This document shows positions 1 to 8,090 of a stretch of 29,429 nucleotides of DNA, one piece after another. Made by a program: the position numbers and the translations under genes. Source of the DNA: a virus (Duplodnaviria; Caudoviricetes); the IMG/VR virus record IMGVR_UViG_3300006114_001327, positions 1-29,429 of that record, one strand, 5' to 3'. Under the pieces are notes generated by a model. The model was not told the DNA's origin. It saw only the letters and a program-made list of their open reading frames with translations, and searched no databases. Positions within the stretch are counted from its first letter, which is position 1, and the number at the start of each line of letters is the position of its first letter.

Positions 1-1585
1 CATGCCTTTTTTGACGCCATTCTTCATAAGCCTTCTGGTCTTTTGCTAATTGCTTTTCTAGTTCCGCTTCATTAACCCATGCTTTTTTGGCATAGTATTC
101 CATGGATCTATTTTTAATGGACTCGGGCGTCTCTTTGCCGGACATCAAATCATCCCATGCGGCTTTTCTTACATCTTTTAAACCAGCATACTTGTCTAAA
201 ATAGTGTCCGTACCTAAATCATAAATAATAGAACCAGGATCCGCTTTATTAAGAAAAGGCATGTCTTTTCCATGCCAGTTATATTTTTCTTTCATTATTG
301 CTGGATTAGAAAACCTAATGGCAGAATCTAGTACATTTTCCATTTCCATACCACGAGAAGTATTAGCTGTTTCTCCAGCTTCTTTAGTATCACCTCTTCT
401 TAAAGCGGATTCTCTTCTTTCAGCAGCTTGGTCTGCAAATTCTAATGGATTTCTTACATGGTCTTTTGGATACCATCCTTGGTCGGCAAGTTGAACTAGA
501 GGGTCATTTGCCTTGCCGGTGCCCATTCTTTTGGTTATGTAATTGGCGTAAGGTCCTTGGATCCAATTGTTATAAGCATTTTGAATAGTTTCAATTTCAT
601 TTTCATGTTTAATGATTTCATCCGATAGATCAGTACTATTAATGTGTCTAGTAACGGCATCCCTTAAATCTTTTCCCCATAGAGCAGCCGCTTTTGGATC
701 TCCTTCTGGCATAGGGTATTCGCTTTTGTAATCTTCTATAAAGTTATTGGTTTCATCCCAAACTTTAGGATTTGGGTTTTCTTCTAACTGTTTCCACCAA
801 AGAGTAAATGGGCTTGGATTATCCGCCAAGTCATGGTAATACATAGACTCGTCTATAAAGTTTCCTAGGTTGCCTTGACCTATTAAATCTCCCGAACCAA
901 AACTTGTTGGCCACTGCCCTCCTTTAGGTTTAATCATAGACATAACTGGAGGATTAAGAAACTTGGCTCCTGGAATTAAAGGTTCACTAGAAAGTATTTT
1001 AGAAGCTGCAGTTTCTCCAAGCGCTTTGGCACCTTTAGCAATGGCAGGAGCGGCACTAGTCACACCTTTGGCAACAGCAAAAGGATCAATAACCCCGCCA
1101 ACAATGTTTCTTCCTCCGGCGCCGCCTATATTTTCTGAATAAGCAGCTGGACCATTTTTATAAAACTGAGGGAACATGCTGTAATAATCTTCTGTGGTTG
1201 GCAATGTATTTTCTTTATTAACTATACCGGGGGAAAGATAATTTAATCCCATTCTACCAAGCGATTCAATATCCCCAAAAACTCCAGGAATAGAAGACAA
1301 GGTTCCTTTGATAGTGCCTACCATACCAGGGGCCATTCCTTCGGTAAAAGGAGTAGTTAGGTTACTGAGGTCATACGGATTTACGGGCTGTCCTGCTCGG
1401 TTTCTTGCAACCGCTACTTTCATTTCACTTTGACTGGGCTGGGGGTTTGCTTGGAAAGGGCTAAAGCCAGCGTATTGAGCTGCGTCACTTGGGCTCATGC
1501 CAAGGCCTACTAATTTCTCATATTGCTCTGATGGACTTACTTGCCCTTCTTGAACCGTAAGTTGGTTGCTATTGTCATAAGGCAT
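1..1585 (-). CDS. Large hypothetical protein (>=528 aa), truncated at the left window edge; possibly virion-associated
   Basis: Not in the ORF track because its stop lies outside the window. ATG at 1585 preceded by AGGAG, overlapping the terL stop; my translation stays open to the edge (MPYDNSNQLTVQEGQVSPSEQYEKLVGLG...). Ala/Gly-rich N-terminal half. Confidence 0.75.
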   Translation of the reverse strand, partial: MPYDNSNQLTVQEGQVSPSEQYEKLVGLGMSPSDAAQYAGFSPFQANPQPSQSEMKVAVARNRAGQPVNPYDLSNLTTPFTEGMAPGMVGTIKGTLSSIPGVFGDIESLGRMGLNYLSPGIVNKENTLPTTEDYYSMFPQFYKNGPAAYSENIGGAGGRNIVGGVIDPFAVAKGVTSAAPAIAKGAKALGETAASKILSSEPLIPGAKFLNPPVMSMIKPKGGQWPTSFGSGDLIGQGNLGNFIDESMYYHDLADNPSPFTLWWKQLEENPNPKVWDETNNFIEDYKSEYPMPEGDPKAAALWGKDLRDAVTRHINSTDLSDEIIKHENEIETIQNAYNNWIQGPYANYITKRMGTGKANDPLVQLADQGWYPKDHVRNPLEFADQAAERRESALRRGDTKEAGETANTSRGMEMENVLDSAIRFSNPAIMKEKYNWHGKDMPFLNKADPGSIIYDLGTDTILDKYAGLKDVRKAAWDDLMSGKETPESIKNRSMEYYAKKAWVNEAELEKQLAKDQKAYEEWRQKRH

Positions 1586-2999
1586 AAGGATTAACTCTCC
1601 TTGGCTTAGTTTCATCAATGTAAATATCCATGTCCACTGGATCTGGATCGATATTAAGAAAGTTCATATCCCTTAAAAGCCTGAGTGCTTGTGTCATAGT
1701 ATCCACATAATCATCATGAGTAGCTTGGGGGAATGAGCAAACTTGACTCATAAACTGCTGAGCCCAATCCCTAACTTCTCCCTCCCATTTAGTGCTTTCA
1801 GGAATAAAAACCCTTCCCCTTTCTATTATATTGGAAACTACATGAAGTCGCTGAACTTTATCGGCTTTGCCTGGATTGTAAGCTCTTACAAATAAACCAG
1901 CCCTTTGTAAATCCTGGAGTAGGCTTATGCCCGAGCCTTTATCTTCTATCAGAATAAGATCCACTTTCTTTCCTGGCTCCCCATAGATGGCGGAATAATC
2001 TTCTATGACTCTTGGTTTAAGATCCGGATAAGTTAGTCTTTCTGTCCAGGCGTCTATAAGCATGACCGACCATGGTCTATCCTGAGGCTTAAATACGCCC
2101 CAAACCGTACAAGCCGTAGGATCATTGCTAGTTTTTTCTGTGAACGCCGTGTCATAACTTTGTAGTACATAAGTGAATTCTGGGAAAGGCATGTCGGATG
2201 GCCATAACTTAAACCAGGATCTTTTGACAATACCACCTTCTTCCGGATCTAGAAGTTCGGCGTAAAGCTCTTGGCGCCCTAACTGCGTGCCTTCATATTG
2301 TGCTATTGCATTAAAGAAAGTTGGGGCAAGGTTATCTTTATTCTCGTAAGTGGATCCCTGAGTTAATAGAACCGAACCATTTTCATCATAGCTCTCTTCC
2401 ACTAATCTTCTAATAAGATCCGTTGGTTTAGGGGTAGTGGTTACTATAACCTGAGGGTTGGCTCCAAGCCTCAAACCAAACATCATCATATCCCAAACTT
2501 CTTCCGCTTTATCCCAAGCCGCAAGCTCATCACACCACATCCTATGATGCTGTGGTCCTCTTAGACGATCGGGCTCTTGTGCTGAAAATCCTTTGATAAC
2601 CGAGTCATTGATAAGAATGACTTCTGAGATAGTTCGGTTGTAGGATTTTATCATTTGACTAGGAAGACAGGCGAGAATACCCGAGACACCTTCAATACAG
2701 GTATCTCTAATATCTCCACTGGTAGGCGCAATAATTCCGCAGCGAACCCTTGGATGACTAATTGCATACCAGCAAATATCTTCAGCACCAGTCCTAGTTT
2801 TACCAAAACCTCTTCCGGCAAGGATAAGCCAGGTAGTCCACCAATCCTCTTCCGGGGTTAATTGTTTTTCTCGGGCAGAATTAAGCCATTCAATTCTTTT
2901 GTTTAAAACTATGAGGTCATGTAAAGTAAATTCTTCCAACAAAGATTTAAACTCCTGGGGAGTTGTTTTTGAGAAATCTATGTTGGCTAGTGCATTCAC
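1575..2999 (-). CDS. terL: Terminase large subunit
   Basis: Walker A AGRGFGKT, Walker B WCDELAAW, coupling motif VTTTP, RNase H-like nuclease motifs QSYDTA and HDDYVD. Confidence 0.96.
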   Translation of the reverse strand: MNALANIDFSKTTPQEFKSLLEEFTLHDLIVLNKRIEWLNSAREKQLTPEEDWWTTWLILAGRGFGKTRTGAEDICWYAISHPRVRCGIIAPTSGDIRDTCIEGVSGILACLPSQMIKSYNRTISEVILINDSVIKGFSAQEPDRLRGPQHHRMWCDELAAWDKAEEVWDMMMFGLRLGANPQVIVTTTPKPTDLIRRLVEESYDENGSVLLTQGSTYENKDNLAPTFFNAIAQYEGTQLGRQELYAELLDPEEGGIVKRSWFKLWPSDMPFPEFTYVLQSYDTAFTEKTSNDPTACTVWGVFKPQDRPWSVMLIDAWTERLTYPDLKPRVIEDYSAIYGEPGKKVDLILIEDKGSGISLLQDLQRAGLFVRAYNPGKADKVQRLHVVSNIIERGRVFIPESTKWEGEVRDWAQQFMSQVCSFPQATHDDYVDTMTQALRLLRDMNFLNIDPDPVDMDIYIDETKPRRVNPYAL

Positions 3000-3355
3000 T
3001 TTTTAAGTTTAGATGCGAAGTTTTGAGCTATGCTGTCTATGAGTTGGAGACGAACTTCTAAAGGAGCACCGTCCGCTCCAGTAATTTCCACAGACCTTCT
3101 TTTTGAGTGACCGTATTGAACTAGTTCTTTAAGACAGTCTTTCTTATCTCTTAAGGAAATGTTTGGATCATAAGCAATCTTGGCAAGCTCCATAAGCGGA
3201 TCCCCGAAAGTATCCAAAATGTCTTCCCACACCTCTATTTGAGTCTGACGTTTGGTTTCCCTACCGACCACAATACCGGGAGTTGGTTTATCCTTGATAG
3301 TCGATTCAGGTTTCATTTTCTTGGGAATTTTAGTTACCCATTTTCGTTCGGCCAT
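2996..3355 (-). CDS. terS: Probable terminase small subunit
   Basis: 119 aa, immediately upstream of and overlapping terL by 4 nt; C-terminal KRRSVEITGADGAPL resembles TerS tails. Confidence 0.7.
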   Translation of the reverse strand: MAERKWVTKIPKKMKPESTIKDKPTPGIVVGRETKRQTQIEVWEDILDTFGDPLMELAKIAYDPNISLRDKKDCLKELVQYGHSKRRSVEITGADGAPLEVRLQLIDSIAQNFASKLKK

Positions 3356-3385
3356 AGCAGTTTTTAGTGAATTGTATTTCCTTCT

Positions 3386-3415
3386 ATTATATCCACGTCA
3401 AGACTTAACTTTCAA
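3386..3415 (-). promoter_or_regulatory. Sigma70-like promoter for terS-terL
   Basis: Minus strand TTGAAA-N18-TATAAT, about 30 bp upstream of the terS ATG. Confidence 0.5.
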
Positions 3416-3417
3416 CC

Positions 3418-3627
3418 GGTTTTATATATAGCAAAGAAAACACTAAATTTTTTTCATATACCGACTTTCAAAACCGTTGTGGTTAACATATTAACTGTTA
3501 TTAGTAAATATTAGAACTACTATTAATTAAAACCTAGTAACTATAAGTATCTTATTAGTATATTAGTAAATTATACTTTTTTCAAAAAAAATAATTTTTT
3601 CCTTTTTATTTTCCTATATATAAAACC
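3418..3627. repeat. ~210 bp AT-rich element, copy A, with 14-bp perfect terminal inverted repeats
   Basis: ggttttatatatag (3418-3431) is the reverse complement of ctatatataaaacc (3614-3627); several internal TATTAG units; homologous to 25376-25585. Confidence 0.85.
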
Positions 3628-3642
3628 ACCTAATATTAACGC

Positions 3643-3737
3643 TAACCCATTGATTCACCGTCAATCAACCTCAACACCTAATTTGTAACCCATTGATTCA
3701 CCGAAATCTGGTTTTCATGTAACCCATTGATTCACCG
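3643..3737. repeat. Three perfect 18-bp direct repeats TAACCCATTGATTCACCG
   Basis: Copies at 3643-3660, 3686-3703 and 3720-3737, separated by 25 and 16 nt. Confidence 0.92.
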
Positions 3738-4151
3738 TCACGGTGTATTCTGAATACAGCGAAAAACCAAGAAATCTTCCAAAGAAACCCGGTATTTTTG
3801 GACATCTTCCACCGTATATTGGTTAATTTCACCGGCCAAACTCCCCGGAATCCCATAAAAATCCCCCGAAAGTTCCATAAAAATCCAAGAAATCCCACCA
3901 TTTTTAACCTGAATATAGTGCCAATTCACCTGTTCTTGCTCTAATCCCCGCTGACTTTTAAAGATAACGGTATCTTTTTTTGCCGGCATTTTACCATGTT
4001 TTAACTCAATCCAACCTTCAAAACCATTAACACAATAATTAACATCCGGCATACCAACCGAAACACCATTCTCAACCCTCTCCCACCTACCAGGCAAATC
4101 AAGCAAACGAATCTTGGCCCTTAACTTATGCCAAAGTAATTTTTCCGACAT
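3738..4151 (-). CDS. PD-(D/E)xK nuclease, VRR-NUC / Holliday junction resolvase-like
   Basis: MSE...W, GMPDV, WIELK and Q..W motifs in a 137 aa protein. Confidence 0.8.
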   Translation of the reverse strand: MSEKLLWHKLRAKIRLLDLPGRWERVENGVSVGMPDVNYCVNGFEGWIELKHGKMPAKKDTVIFKSQRGLEQEQVNWHYIQVKNGGISWIFMELSGDFYGIPGSLAGEINQYTVEDVQKYRVSLEDFLVFRCIQNTP

Positions 4152-4155
4152 GAAC

Positions 4156-4464
4156 TTATTTCCAAGCCTCCAAAATATCTAGTAGGCGTCTATAAAACTT
4201 CTGTCTATCCACCATAACCCCTGGTTGGTATAACTCTATAAACTCAATTAAAGGATCATCATCCAAACGTATATCACCATTTTTTACAAATAAAGCCTGC
4301 TTAGCATCCCCCATATAAGACTTAGTCTCACCATAAATTTGCTCCGTCATAGGAGCATCCATACCTTCTTTCACTTCCTCAATTCTTTTTTTAACTAAAT
4401 CATCCGGAATATCTTCCTGCCCTAAATAAAGTTCTTTTTCTCGCTTATTTATCTTCGCCACCAT
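4156..4464 (-). CDS. Hypothetical protein (102 aa)
   Basis: AGGAGG Shine-Dalgarno upstream; part of the co-directional gene run. Confidence 0.7.
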   Translation of the reverse strand: MVAKINKREKELYLGQEDIPDDLVKKRIEEVKEGMDAPMTEQIYGETKSYMGDAKQALFVKNGDIRLDDDPLIEFIELYQPGVMVDRQKFYRRLLDILEAWK

Positions 4465-4607
4465 TTCAACAACCTCCTTCTTCCATGTTTAAGTACTACT
4501 TTAAAAAAATGATATCTACTAAAAACGCCTCTTTTAAAACGAGCATTTCTTCTTTCCCTTGCCATTTTAGACCTATTTTTTCTAGGTTTTAGTTCTATAA
4601 ATCTCAT
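4449..4607 (-). CDS. Small Arg/Lys-rich protein (52 aa)
   Basis: Not in the ORF track. Starts with an ATGA overlap on the upstream stop; MRFIELKPRKNRSKMARERRNARFKRGVFSRYHFFKVVLKHGRRRLLKWWRR. Confidence 0.5.
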   Translation of the reverse strand: MRFIELKPRKNRSKMARERRNARFKRGVFSRYHFFKVVLKHGRRRLLKWWRR

Positions 4608-4831
4608 TTAAGCAACCTTATTTTCATTTGGTCAAATACTTTCTCTCTATATTCCGGAGGAACATTATCATTAACTATACCCCAGGCAACCATGGTGGCC
4701 TGTGTCCAAGCTTCAAGCCAAATAGCTTTTGGGTCAGTTAAAAAATCTTCTTCCGCCTTCGCTACTTTTAAAAGCTTAACCCAGTCATCATAAGCTTCTT
4801 CTTGCTTCTCTTTAACGAATCCTATCAGCAT
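4604..4831 (-). CDS. Hypothetical protein
   Basis: ORF track starts at 4897, but ATG 4831 (MLIGFVKE) has a GGAGG SD and is the more likely start. Confidence 0.65.
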   Translation of the reverse strand: MLIGFVKEKQEEAYDDWVKLLKVAKAEEDFLTDPKAIWLEAWTQATMVAWGIVNDNVPPEYREKVFDQMKIRLLK

Positions 4832-4832
4832 A

Positions 4833-4907
4833 TTACCTCCACCACCCAAAAGGGAATGATTTATTAAACTCGGCAACTTTTTTCCACCATTCATCACTAT
4901 ATTTCAT
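4833..4907 (-). CDS. Putative 24-aa Trp-rich peptide
   Basis: MKYSDEWWKKVAEFNKSFPFGWWR; its ATG sits in a copy of the array junction motif and its stop lies just upstream of ATG 4831. Confidence 0.4.
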   Translation of the reverse strand: MKYSDEWWKKVAEFNKSFPFGWWR

Positions 4908-5181
4908 TTCTAATTCGCTTTCCTTCGGATGGATTTTTTTCCATCATTTCAATCTTTTCTTTATATGGTTTCAACACTTCTATTTCTTCTTTCAACAAAC
5001 TAATTTCTTCTCGTAATACACCAATCATATGTCCTGCTTCAGTCAATTCTGCTTCTTGTTGGCGTAGCATAATCGCTGATTCTCTGTAAAGAATAATAGC
5101 TCTACCTGCGTGTTCAGTTTCTTTACCCAATAATTTAATACTTACACCTTCTAATTTATCCACCAATTCATTTGCAGTCAT
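4897..5181 (-). CDS. Array gene, MTANEL-family hypothetical protein
   Basis: Begins MTANELVDKL and contains MLRQQ, both shared with paralogs in the array. Confidence 0.75.
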   Translation of the reverse strand: MTANELVDKLEGVSIKLLGKETEHAGRAIILYRESAIMLRQQEAELTEAGHMIGVLREEISLLKEEIEVLKPYKEKIEMMEKNPSEGKRIRNEI

Positions 5182-5541
5182 TTATCTCTCCGTTTCAATT
5201 GTTTCACTACGCTCTTTACTACAAGCCTTACCACAATATTCACTGTATCTACTTTCTGTTGTTACCTTTGTTGGGCATTTAGTAAAGTAATGATTACGAC
5301 CATTTGCGTACCATGTGTAAACTGTGCAACCATCAACTTCTGCGTACTTATGTGGTGTAGCCTCGGCTATTTCAGCCTGTCTACGTGCTTCTTTATCTTG
5401 AGGGCTTGATAATAAAAGCCAACCACAAAAAATAAATCCCCCAACAATACCAAACAATGAAACCACAAGTATTAAAGATAAAATTATTCCACCAATAATA
5501 TCAGTGGCATCACCTAAAAAACCCCATAATCTTTCTTTCAT
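5182..5541 (-). CDS. Array gene, predicted membrane protein
   Basis: Long hydrophobic segment IIGGIILSLILVVSLFGIVGGFIFCGWLLL followed by a Cys-containing domain (VDGCTVY...HYFTKC). Confidence 0.75.
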   Translation of the reverse strand: MKERLWGFLGDATDIIGGIILSLILVVSLFGIVGGFIFCGWLLLSSPQDKEARRQAEIAEATPHKYAEVDGCTVYTWYANGRNHYFTKCPTKVTTESRYSEYCGKACSKERSETIETER

Positions 5542-5837
5542 TTCTCACTCGCCTTTCTTAGTATTGCCAAATCTCTTGCAACCAAAAACTCATTTAAACG
5601 GTCTTGTAACTGTTCTATTTCAGATTCTGATGCTGATACTTTTAGGCGCTGTTCTTCCGCAAAGTTTTGAATAAATCTATTTGCATTTTTTAAATCTGCT
5701 ATTTCTTGGGCTTGTTGACGTAACATGGTGGATGCTTGTCTAGTAAAGTGATGATTGTCAAGGCTTTCAAAGTCACCTACTGGAATTTCATCTAATAAAT
5801 CAGCCAATTGATTTGCTGGTAGTTCATTTGCTGTCAT
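5538..5837 (-). CDS. Array gene, MTANEL-family coiled-coil protein
   Basis: MTANEL...MLRQQAQEI...ILRKASEK. Confidence 0.75.
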   Translation of the reverse strand: MTANELPANQLADLLDEIPVGDFESLDNHHFTRQASTMLRQQAQEIADLKNANRFIQNFAEEQRLKVSASESEIEQLQDRLNEFLVARDLAILRKASEK

Positions 5838-5840
5838 TTC

Positions 5841-6011
5841 TCACTCGCTTTCTTTAGGTTCATTAAAAAACTCAATAAATTTTTTAAACACTTCCATTTG
5901 TTCTTTTGTCATTCTATTCACATATTCATCACCCTCACGAACCCATCGCCAAATTACTTTGTTATGAAATTCAACCTCTTCATATGCTTTCCATTTTATT
6001 TTTTCTGTCAT
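5841..6011 (-). CDS. Array gene, hypothetical protein (56 aa)
   Basis: Not in the ORF track. MTEKIKWKAYEEVEFHNKVIWRWVREGDEYVNRMTKEQMEVFKKFIEFFNEPKESE; fills the gap, with an ATGA overlap at its start. Confidence 0.7.
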   Translation of the reverse strand: MTEKIKWKAYEEVEFHNKVIWRWVREGDEYVNRMTKEQMEVFKKFIEFFNEPKESE

Positions 6012-6205
6012 TTCTCAATCTCCTTATATTCCCAAAGCCAACATGAGTCAATGCCGTAGTATATGTATTTACCCTTGCGTTGCACTTTTTCTAGCCACCT
6101 ACAGTCACAATTACCAACCCGCACTGGACGCCAAGCAAACCATTCGTGCCAGTTTTCCAACCTTAATTTTTCATATTCCCACGATTCACCACAGTTAAAT
6201 TTCAT
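6008..6205 (-). CDS. Array gene, Trp-rich hypothetical protein
   Basis: WHEWFAWRPVR...RWLEKVQR; ATGA overlaps at both ends. Confidence 0.75.
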   Translation of the reverse strand: MKFNCGESWEYEKLRLENWHEWFAWRPVRVGNCDCRWLEKVQRKGKYIYYGIDSCWLWEYKEIEK

Positions 6206-6657
6206 TTTTCACCTTTTAAATATGATTCTATTGCTCTTGCAAATTCAATTGTGTATGCTTCATTCATCATTTCAGAATGATTTGGTGGGCATAAATCTAA
6301 TATTTTTTCATCAGTAAGTTCACGCAGCTTATCGTATCTACCAATCAAATAAGACCTTGTATCTAATGTTTCATTCTTTTCTTTGGTTTTTTGAATACCA
6401 TTCCAATAGCCAGTTGCGTATATAGCAGATTCCCTATCCTCAATCTCTTGACTAAAATCAGATAGCCTTTGTAGTGCTAGTTCTTTTTTCAACTGTCCAA
6501 TATTTAACTGTAAATTGTTTGCATCAATGATTTGTTTAAGCATTGCTATTTCTTTGGCTTGTTGGCGTAGCATATCGGGTATTTCGTGAATAAGCCTATC
6601 ATATTCCTCACCCCTGAACATTTTTGTTAATTCATCTGCTAGTTCATTTGCTGTCAT
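6202..6657 (-). CDS. Array gene, MTANEL-family modular protein
   Basis: MTANELADEL, MLRQQAKEI and LRELTDEKI modules. Confidence 0.75.
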   Translation of the reverse strand: MTANELADELTKMFRGEEYDRLIHEIPDMLRQQAKEIAMLKQIIDANNLQLNIGQLKKELALQRLSDFSQEIEDRESAIYATGYWNGIQKTKEKNETLDTRSYLIGRYDKLRELTDEKILDLCPPNHSEMMNEAYTIEFARAIESYLKGEK

Positions 6658-6839
6658 TTTTCGTTCGCTTTCCTTAATTGTGTTTCAAAATCACCATCTT
6701 TCCAGTCCCAACCAAAGAAAAACTTGGTCATCTTTTTATGAAACCAATTTGGTTTTTTGCAAACAAAAACCTTTAAATCGCCACCAATAACCCAACAACC
6801 TGCTTTTGCTGGTGGGTGTGTAAAAACGTAATTCGTCAT
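6654..6839 (-). CDS. Array gene, hypothetical protein (61 aa)
   Basis: KKPNWFHKKMTKFFFGWDW; ends LRKANEK in a junction repeat. Confidence 0.7.
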   Translation of the reverse strand: MTNYVFTHPPAKAGCWVIGGDLKVFVCKKPNWFHKKMTKFFFGWDWKDGDFETQLRKANEK

Positions 6840-7534
6840 TTCTCACTTGCCTTTCTTAGTATTAAATGTGCAAAATAATGTTGTTGAGTAGTAAATCCCT
6901 GTTGCATAGCAATACCATCTTCATGCGATTCTGCCCACAGTTTGTTTATTTCCTCATCTGTTAGTTCACGCATTGGGTGGTCATACAATGCAGTATAGTT
7001 AGGATGTTTTAGTGCATCAGAACTACAAATTGTAGTAAACTCAGGTTTATCAAACCCATCCATTTTAACCATCATAGCAACAGGTTTTTGACTAAAAAAT
7101 GGCTTGGTGTAAAGGAATTCAACCTTCTTTCTTGTTTGCCAATCACTTCCTGAACCTGAGTCAATATACATATATCCATATCCATCAAAGTCATAACGCA
7201 TTGCCACTGGTTCAATTGGGTGTGATTGGGTGTCAGAATGGGTGATGGCTAATTGCTTTAAATACAACTGACGAGTTTCTTCTAAGCGTTCTTTTAACTC
7301 TTCAATTTCTTTGGCTTGTTGACGTAGCATGGCAGAAACTTGTTTACTTTGAGCACAACAAGACCATTCATTTAAATCTGCTAGTTCATTTGCGGTCATT
7401 TCTTTATCCTCATTAAAACACTCTACTAATTCTTGAATAAGTTCTTCCCCAACTTTTGTTAATTTAGGCAAAGAAAAACATTCACGACAACCCCCTAAAT
7501 AAATGCCATGTTTACATTTGCCGTAATGACTCAT
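6836..7534 (-). CDS. Array gene, multi-module fusion protein
   Basis: N-terminal CKH...CREC, internal MTANELADL (ATG 7399), MLRQQAKEI, two PVAM blocks, RELTDEEI, ends ILRKASEK. Confidence 0.75.
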   Translation of the reverse strand: MSHYGKCKHGIYLGGCRECFSLPKLTKVGEELIQELVECFNEDKEMTANELADLNEWSCCAQSKQVSAMLRQQAKEIEELKERLEETRQLYLKQLAITHSDTQSHPIEPVAMRYDFDGYGYMYIDSGSGSDWQTRKKVEFLYTKPFFSQKPVAMMVKMDGFDKPEFTTICSSDALKHPNYTALYDHPMRELTDEEINKLWAESHEDGIAMQQGFTTQQHYFAHLILRKASEK

Positions 7535-7677
7535 TTCTCACTCGCTTTCTTTAGTATTGCAGTCATAGATTTTTCTTCTGCCGTAAATTCAAGTGCATCG
7601 CCATAAACTTCATAAACATTTATTGGCTTTTCTAGATACCAACCCATCCATTCTCTAACTTCTTGGTCTTCTGTCAT
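7531..7677 (-). CDS. Array gene, hypothetical protein (48 aa)
   Basis: Not in the ORF track. MTEDQEVREWMGWYLEKPINVYEVYGDALEFTAEEKSMTAILKKASEK, bounded by junction repeats on both sides. Confidence 0.7.
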   Translation of the reverse strand: MTEDQEVREWMGWYLEKPINVYEVYGDALEFTAEEKSMTAILKKASEK

Positions 7678-7680
7678 TTC

Positions 7681-7869
7681 TCACTCGCTTTCTAAAGGTA
7701 CGTCACGCCATTCACCACCCTCAATAGGAATCCAACCAGAATTGTCTGATAATATTTGATAATTCCACCACTGTTGAAGTATTTTTACTTTGTAACCTGC
7801 CTCAACATCATGGCTAGGAATTACTCTTTCAACAAAACGCAATCTATTTGTTGGTGCAATTGTTCTCAT
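7681..7869 (-). CDS. Array gene, hypothetical protein (62 aa)
   Basis: LRFVER...KILQQWW...GEWRDVP; bounded by junction repeats. Confidence 0.75.
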   Translation of the reverse strand: MRTIAPTNRLRFVERVIPSHDVEAGYKVKILQQWWNYQILSDNSGWIPIEGGEWRDVPLESE

Positions 7870-8090
7870 TTCTCACTCGCTTTCTTTAATAGTAATTTTG
7901 AATATTCATATACATTTTCAAAAAGTTCATCTTCAGGAGTTCTGCGTAATACCAACATAAAAGCAACTGACAGTTCTCGTATTGTTGCATCACTTAATTC
8001 ACGCAAATCATGCTTTTGTATCAATTGATACTTTAAATCTTGTATGGCTACACGCAATTCAGCCAACTCTTTCATTTGTTCGTCTGTCAT
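7866..8090 (-). CDS. Array gene, hypothetical protein
   Basis: ORF track starts at 8102; ATG 8090 (MTDEQ) overlaps the upstream stop. Contains LRELSD and ends LLKKASEK. Confidence 0.72.
   Translation of the reverse strand: MTDEQMKELAELRVAIQDLKYQLIQKHDLRELSDATIRELSVAFMLVLRRTPEDELFENVYEYSKLLLKKASEK

Larger units (their letters stand above)
4904..7888 (-). repeat. Dispersed gene-junction repeat, consensus (A/G)AA(A/G)GCGAGTGAGAAATGA, eight clear copies
   Basis: Plus-strand copies begin at 4904, 5538, 5834, 6654, 6836, 7531, 7674 and 7866 (tcatttctcactcgc...); weaker ones at 6008, 6202 and 8087. Each supplies the ATG of the next gene. Confidence 0.9.

Noticed and set aside
3418-3627. Active MITE or insertion sequence
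   Set aside because: It has terminal inverted repeats, but I see no target-site duplication or transposase, and the two copies are diverged and sit at module boundaries. Reported as a repeat of unknown function.
3643-3737. CRISPR mini-array
   Set aside because: Repeats are only 18 bp, spacers are short and unequal (25 and 16 nt), and no cas genes are present.
4904-7888. Classical integron attC array or CRISPR array
   Set aside because: Junction repeats are short and non-palindromic, lack the RYYYAAC/GTTRRRY ends, overlap coding sequence, and no tyrosine recombinase is in the window.
4897-8090. Diversity-generating retroelement
   Set aside because: No reverse transcriptase and no template/variable repeat pair differing at adenines.
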